A stretch of 64,000 nucleotides of DNA from Butyricicoccus sp. GTDB taxonomy: Bacteria > Bacillota > Clostridia > Oscillospirales > Butyricicoccaceae. A program made the translations under genes and the position numbers. Below the pieces are notes generated by a model. The model saw only the letters and a list, made by a program, of their open reading frames with translations. It was not told the origin of the DNA and made no database searches. Shown here piece after piece: positions 59,140 to 64,000 of the stretch. The DNA lies in the NCBI GenBank assembly GCA_020025755.1, contig JAHHRO010000003.1, positions 277-64,276 of the forward strand, written 5' to 3'. Each line of letters begins with the position of its first letter. Position 1 is the stretch's first letter.

Positions 59140-60288
59140 TCACCTCATTTTCCAATGGTTCACAGCCGCGCGTGCCGCGCGGTCACTCTCTAAAATATCA
59201 TCCAATGTTGGGTTTTCCTGCATCGGGACTTCATCCATCGCAAATGCCACCAGTTCGGGGATCTGCCAGAACGGCAGCGCATCCTGTAGGAACAAACCGA
59301 CAGCCGCCTCATTGGCACCATTCATGACCGCCCCCAGATTTCCCTTTTCACGGGCGGCACGGCGTGCCAGACGCATGGCAGGAAACGCCGCATCATCAGG
59401 AGCAAAAAACGTAAGCCTGCCGATTTCCGCGAGCGAAAGACGCGGCACTTTACAGGGCAGACGCTCCGGATAGGTGAGTGCATACTGGATGGGCAGGCGC
59501 ATATCCGGCAGTCCCAGCTGCGCCAGCACCGCACCATCGGCAAACTCGATGAGTGAGTGTATGATGGATTCCCGATGCACTACAATATCAATTTGATCCT
59601 CAGGCAAGCCATAAAGCCACATGGCTTCGATCAGCTCCAGCCCCTTGTTCATCATGGTTGCCGAATCGGTCGTGATCTTGGCACCCATGGACCAGTTCGG
59701 ATGCTGTAATGCCTGTTCCCTTGTCACGGTCTTGAGTTCGTCTGCGCTCTTGCCAAAGAACGGCCCACCCGATGCGGTCAGGATGATGCGGTCAAGTGCA
59801 TTGCCCTGCGCCCCCTGCACACACTGGAAGATCGCGGAATGTTCCGAATCCACGGGCAGGATCTTGACGCCATACTTTGCCGCACTGTCCATCACGAGCT
59901 GTCCGGCACATACTAAGGTTTCCTTATTTGCCAGTGCAATATCCTTTCCTGCACGGATCGCCGCAAGCGTAGGCAGTAAGCCCACCATGCCTACGACCGC
60001 CGTTACCACGGTATCGCAGTCGGGATGGGTCGCCGCCGCAATCAGCCCATCCATACCGGACTGCACCTGAATGTCTGTATCTGCCAGCGCAATTTTAAGC
60101 TGCTTTGCCGCCGCTTCATCGCATGCGGCACACACTTTCGGCTTGAGCGCACGCGCCTGTGCTTCTAACAATTCAATATTGCGGTTGGTCGTCAAGGCGA
60201 CAACTTCCGCGTCGATGGAGGACAGGATGTCGATGGTCTGTGTGCCGATCGAACCCGTTGCCCCCAAAATAGAGATCCGCTTTTTCAT
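59140..60288 (-). CDS. dxr: 1-deoxy-D-xylulose 5-phosphate reductoisomerase
   Basis: LGATGSIG, ALANKE, PVDSEHSA and HPNWSMGAKIT. Confidence 0.98.
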   Translation of the reverse strand: MKKRISILGATGSIGTQTIDILSSIDAEVVALTTNRNIELLEAQARALKPKVCAACDEAAAKQLKIALADTDIQVQSGMDGLIAAATHPDCDTVVTAVVGMVGLLPTLAAIRAGKDIALANKETLVCAGQLVMDSAAKYGVKILPVDSEHSAIFQCVQGAQGNALDRIILTASGGPFFGKSADELKTVTREQALQHPNWSMGAKITTDSATMMNKGLELIEAMWLYGLPEDQIDIVVHRESIIHSLIEFADGAVLAQLGLPDMRLPIQYALTYPERLPCKVPRLSLAEIGRLTFFAPDDAAFPAMRLARRAAREKGNLGAVMNGANEAAVGLFLQDALPFWQIPELVAFAMDEVPMQENPTLDDILESDRAARAAVNHWKMR

Positions 60289-60312
60289 TGTATCACCTTT
60301 TCTTCTCCAATA

Positions 60313-61272
60313 TTACATGCCTGCAAATAATACGACGGATAAAACCAGTTCGATCACCGGTGCGACAAAGATCACGCTGTCAAAGCGATCGAGCACACCG
60401 CCATGCCCTGGGAAAATATGGCTGTAATCCTTGATACCGCTCTTTCTCTTGATGATCGAGAACGACAGATCACCCAGCTGTCCGATCGCAGCACCTGCCG
60501 CGCCCATAACTGCCGCCCCTGCATAATGGATGGACAGCCCTGCATAGCGGTTCATGAGGAACACCACGCCCAGCATGATGACCGTTGCACCGATCACGCC
60601 GCCGATTGCGCCCTCGACCGTTTTCTTCGGACTGACCACAGGAGCCAGCTTGTGCTTTCCAAACGCCATGCCAGCAAACAGCGCGCAGGTATCTGACCCC
60701 CACGCAGCAACCAGCGGAAGCAGAACGAGGAACGCGCCGCCCTCCATCTCAAAAATACGCCACAGCGACAGGAGCAGATAAGGCAGGATAAAACCACCCA
60801 CAAAACCTGCCATGACTTCTTCCGTGCGCACTGTGTCATGATGCCGCAGCAGGCAGGCGAACAAGCCAACCAGCAAAAACAGCATCACAAACCGCACGAA
60901 CTGTGTCTGAAACAGTTCGATATACGCCCGAAACTCGGACTCTGTCAGGCTGACAGAACCATGACTGCCTCCCAGAATGACAAATTCAGTGGTACTAACT
61001 GCCTGCGGCGCAAATCCGCCGCCCATGAGGGCAGGTGCAGGCAGCAGCATTGCAGACGGGAGACAGGTCATGAGCGCATACGCCGCCGATGCCGTGAGTG
61101 TGACCTGCTGCATCCCACGATTTTTTACAAGTCCCGTCGGGACAATCAGCTCATAAGACGCACAGACGCACAGTGCTGTGATGGTCAGCGCAAGCACGAC
61201 AGGCGGCAGCACATAGAGCGCGAGCAGAACGAATAAGAAACCGCCTACACCAAACAAAATTCTTGCTTTCAT
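60313..61272 (-). CDS. cdsA: Phosphatidate cytidylyltransferase
   Basis: SPKKTVEG and GDLSFSIIKRKSGIKDYSHIFPGHGGVLDRFDS. Confidence 0.93.
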   Translation of the reverse strand: MKARILFGVGGFLFVLLALYVLPPVVLALTITALCVCASYELIVPTGLVKNRGMQQVTLTASAAYALMTCLPSAMLLPAPALMGGGFAPQAVSTTEFVILGGSHGSVSLTESEFRAYIELFQTQFVRFVMLFLLVGLFACLLRHHDTVRTEEVMAGFVGGFILPYLLLSLWRIFEMEGGAFLVLLPLVAAWGSDTCALFAGMAFGKHKLAPVVSPKKTVEGAIGGVIGATVIMLGVVFLMNRYAGLSIHYAGAAVMGAAGAAIGQLGDLSFSIIKRKSGIKDYSHIFPGHGGVLDRFDSVIFVAPVIELVLSVVLFAGM

Positions 61273-61275
61273 GCT

Positions 61276-62028
61276 TTATACCCCTCCAAATCTGCGTGAA
61301 CGCCGGTTGAAGTCCTCGATCGCGGCGTCCATGTGTTCTGGTTTGAAGTCCGGCCACAGTACATCGGTAAAATAATATTCAGCATAGGCTGACTGCCATA
61401 ACAGGAAATTCGAGGTGCGGATCTCGCCCGACGGACGAATAATGAGATCGGGGTCAGGCATGTGCGCGGTATAGAGCTGCGCCCCGATCGTATCCTCGGT
61501 GATATCCTCCGGACGGAGCGTGCCCTCCGCGACCTGTCGTGCCAGTGCCCGAACGGCATTTTTGATTTCGTCCCGTCCGCCATAGTTGATGCAGAGCGAA
61601 GCGGTCGCCGCCTGTTCCCCAAGCGTATCCGCAAGCGCGTGCACCTCATCGATCTGCCGGAGCAGGTCAGGCGGCAATACGGACAGATCGCCCAAAACAC
61701 GCACGGCAACCCCACGCTCGACCATCGTTTCTGCTGCTTCGCGCAGATAGGTGCGGAACAGGTTCATGAGTGCATCGACTTCATCCTGCGGCCGCTTCCA
61801 GTTCTCCGTGGAAAAAGCGTATACGGTAAAGTACTGCACGCCGATATCCTTGCAGTAGGTCGCGATCGTGCGAAAGGTCTCTGCCCCTACTTTGTGCCCT
61901 GCCTTGCGCGGCAATCCGCGTTTTTTTGCCCATCTGCCATTTCCGTCCATGATGACGGCGATATGGCGCGGCACGGCGCGTGCCTGTGTCTGTTCCTGTT
62001 TTCCGGTGAACCGATCAAAAATCCCCAT
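61276..62028 (-). CDS. uppS: Undecaprenyl diphosphate synthase
   Basis: HIAVIMDGNGRWA, YAFSTENWKR and RTSNFLLWQ. Confidence 0.97.
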   Translation of the reverse strand: MGIFDRFTGKQEQTQARAVPRHIAVIMDGNGRWAKKRGLPRKAGHKVGAETFRTIATYCKDIGVQYFTVYAFSTENWKRPQDEVDALMNLFRTYLREAAETMVERGVAVRVLGDLSVLPPDLLRQIDEVHALADTLGEQAATASLCINYGGRDEIKNAVRALARQVAEGTLRPEDITEDTIGAQLYTAHMPDPDLIIRPSGEIRTSNFLLWQSAYAEYYFTDVLWPDFKPEHMDAAIEDFNRRSRRFGGV

Positions 62029-62094
62029 GCTTGCACCTCGTGGAAAGGGGACGGCAACGCCGCCCCCCAAGTGATTCATTCTGTACCCGACGCA

Positions 62095-62649
62095 TCAAAC
62101 TTCCTTGAGTTCTGCGCTCTTCTTTGCAACGATGCCGTCGATCTCCTTGACATACTTGTCGGTGATCTTCTGGATCTGCTGCTCGCCGTCCTTGACCTCG
62201 TCCTCGGTTGCCTCGTTCTTTTTCTTGAGATCCTTGAACTTGTCGATCGCATCGCGGCGAATGTTGCGGATCGCAACCTTTGCATCCTCACCGATCTTGG
62301 AGCACTGCTTGATGAGCTCCTTACGGCGTTCCTCGGTCAGCGGTGGGAAGGTCAGACGAATGACCTTGCCATCATTCTGCGGATTGAGACCCAAATCGGA
62401 GGTCTGGATCGCCTTTTCCAGATCACGCAGGATGGAGGCATCCCACGGCTGGATCTGCAAGGTACGCGGATCAGGAGAAGAAACGGCTGCAACCTGCGGC
62501 AGCGGTGTTGGCGAACCATAGTATTCTACGGTCAGCTTGTTGAGTACCGCCGGATTTGCGCGGCCTGCGCGGATGGCTGACAGTTCTTTGGACAGGACAT
62601 CAATGGTCTTGCCCATTTTTTCTTCGTGCTGCTTGATGATCTCTTTCAT
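62095..62649 (-). CDS. frr: Ribosome recycling factor
   Basis: IRAGRANP, PPLTEERRKEL and AIRNIRRDA. Confidence 0.98.
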   Translation of the reverse strand: MKEIIKQHEEKMGKTIDVLSKELSAIRAGRANPAVLNKLTVEYYGSPTPLPQVAAVSSPDPRTLQIQPWDASILRDLEKAIQTSDLGLNPQNDGKVIRLTFPPLTEERRKELIKQCSKIGEDAKVAIRNIRRDAIDKFKDLKKKNEATEDEVKDGEQQIQKITDKYVKEIDGIVAKKSAELKEV

Positions 62650-63372
62650 TTACAGTTCCTCCTTGACGAGTGTGCCGATCTGTTCGCCCGTAACGACACG
62701 ATAAATATTTTCAGGGTCAGACAGTGCGAATACCAGAATCGGGATATGGTTATCCATCGAGAGGGATGTTGCAGTCGTGTCCATAACACCCAGTCCCTGA
62801 TTCAGCACATCCATATAGGTGAGCTTTTCATATTTCTTCGCATCTGGATTCTTTGCCGGATCGGAATCATAAACACCGTCGATGTTCTTTGCGAGCAGGA
62901 TGACCTCTGCCCCGATCTCAGCGGCGCGCAGTGCAGCGGCAGTATCGGTCGAGAAATACGGGTTTCCCGTACCGCAGCCAAAGATCACGACGCGGCCCTT
63001 GCTGAGATGGCGCGCCGCCTTGCTGCGAATATATGGTTCTGCGATCTGATTCATTGCGATCGCGGTCTGTACACGCACCTCACAGCCTCGCTGCTCGAGC
63101 GCATCTGCAAGTGCCAGCGCGTTGATGGTGGTTGCAAGCATACCCATGTGGTCTGCTCGTGTACGCTCCATGCGTCCACCGCCATCCTTGACCCCACGCC
63201 AGAAGTTGCCGCCGCCCACAACGATGCCAACTTCACATCCAATGTCCGCACAGCGTTTAATTACATCACAAACCGGTCCAATAACATCAAAATTCAGTCC
63301 AAAATGTTTATCACCAGCGAGTGCTTCACCACTGATTTTGACAAGGACGCGTTTATACTTGGGAGTATCCAT
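62650..63372 (-). CDS. pyrH: Uridylate kinase
   Basis: [26 protein letters not shown] and [10 protein letters not shown]. Promoter TTGCAA-N17-TAAAAT (63440-63412). Confidence 0.98.
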   Translation of the reverse strand: MDTPKYKRVLVKISGEALAGDKHFGLNFDVIGPVCDVIKRCADIGCEVGIVVGGGNFWRGVKDGGGRMERTRADHMGMLATTINALALADALEQRGCEVRVQTAIAMNQIAEPYIRSKAARHLSKGRVVIFGCGTGNPYFSTDTAAALRAAEIGAEVILLAKNIDGVYDSDPAKNPDAKKYEKLTYMDVLNQGLGVMDTTATSLSMDNHIPILVFALSDPENIYRVVTGEQIGTLVKEEL

Positions 63373-63529
63373 TTTTCTTCCTCCTATGTCGATACAAACG
63401 ATTGTGAGTTTATTTTACATGATTATCGCGCTTTTTGCAACATGCCGCGGCATAGTTTTCGTGAGCATCTGCCGCATATTTTGTAAGACAAGGCTTGACA
63501 GATGCCTTTTTTCGGGGTATACTGCTTTT

Positions 63530-63603
63530 GTTCGTTCCGGTAATACAAGACCGTACGAAGGGGCACACCACCTCGGGTGTGAACTTTCGTGCGGTCTTTT
63601 TTG
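63530..63603 (+). ncRNA. Probable HMP-PP riboswitch (thiS RNA motif, terminator-embedded aptamer)
   Basis: Follows TTGACA(63495)-N17-TATACT(63518). Short 5' UUCCGGU segment, then long hairpin AAGACCGUACGAAG...CACACC-ACCUCG-GGUGUG...CUUUCGUGCGGUCUU plus U run, directly upstream of thiS. No TPP aptamer motifs. Confidence 0.7.
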
Positions 63604-63644
63604 TATTTTATCCAGCATTTGACACAAAAAGGAGGATTTTTTGG

Positions 63645-63842
63645 ATGATCCAGATCAATGGGCAGCCTGCGCCCGATGCCATAGGGCAGACACTTGCCGC
63701 GTATCTTGCAAATGCCGGCTACACGCCAGCCTTTGTCGCCGTGGAGAAAGATGGCGTGATCGTGCCGCGCAGCCAATATGCGGAAACCGTGCTTTCTGAC
63801 GGCGATACCATCGAAATCGTACAGTTCGTAGGAGGTGGCTGA
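63645..63842 (+). CDS. thiS: Sulfur carrier protein ThiS
   Basis: MIQING...[12 protein letters not shown]...[14 protein letters not shown] with C-terminal GG. RBS AGGAGG. Confidence 0.93.
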   Translation: MIQINGQPAPDAIGQTLAAYLANAGYTPAFVAVEKDGVIVPRSQYAETVLSDGDTIEIVQFVGGG

Positions 63843-64000
63843 TGCAGCTCTCACTCAACGGACAAGCTACCCAGACCAATGCCCGCTCGCTGTTTGCCCT
63901 CGTTCCCGAACACACCGATCGCGTGGTGATCCTAAACGGCTTCCAGACGGCGGAGGATCTGCCTCTGTCTGACGGTGACTGTGTGACCGTCATCGAGAAG
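63842..64000 (+). CDS. thiF: 5' part of probable ThiF adenylyltransferase with an N-terminal ThiS-like domain (cut off by window end)
   Basis: ATG overlaps the thiS stop. Translates MQLSLNGQ...VVILNGFQTAEDLPLSDGDCVTVIEK, like the ubiquitin-like N-domain of clostridial ThiF. Not in the supplied ORF track. Confidence 0.65.
   Translation, partial: MQLSLNGQATQTNARSLFALVPEHTDRVVILNGFQTAEDLPLSDGDCVTVIEK

Noticed and set aside
63525..63640. TPP riboswitch upstream of thiS
   Set aside because: No CUGAGA, ACCUGA or GCGUAGG-type elements, and the leader is too short.

Overview
Chromosomal segment of an anaerobic Bacillota (Clostridia; Oscillospirales-like gut bacterium, inferred from polC, gene content and sigma-A promoters). 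Most genes are on the minus strand. Housekeeping blocks: pyrH-frr-uppS-cdsA-dxr-rseP-ispG-polC; ptsI; lepB-ylqF-rnhB-yraN-dipeptidase-thrC-metallophosphoesterase; tig-clpP-clpX-lon-yihA; xth-ltaE-recQ; rplS. Accessory modules between them: an AraC plus Fe-S flavin (Old Yellow Enzyme) reductase with an atypical active site; an iron alcohol dehydrogenase with a probable Rex box; an Rpn/PD-(D/E)XK nuclease with an apparent intragenic small protein; an AT-richer cellobiose-family PTS/GH1 island; a LytTR-GHKL-LytTR cluster next to an orphan solute-binding lipoprotein; a BMP nucleoside ABC transporter with an unrecognised structured leader; an SGNH-lipoprotein-MBOAT-DHHW O-acylation operon; and a RAT-controlled EIIA + membrane-anchored EIIB + nagB operon with no EIIC. 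RNA elements include a probable L19 leader and a probable HMP-PP (thiS-motif) riboswitch. A degenerate 60-90 bp dispersed element occurs three times. I saw no rRNA, tRNA, CRISPR array or intact transposase/integrase. All calls come from reading motifs by eye; no database search was run.
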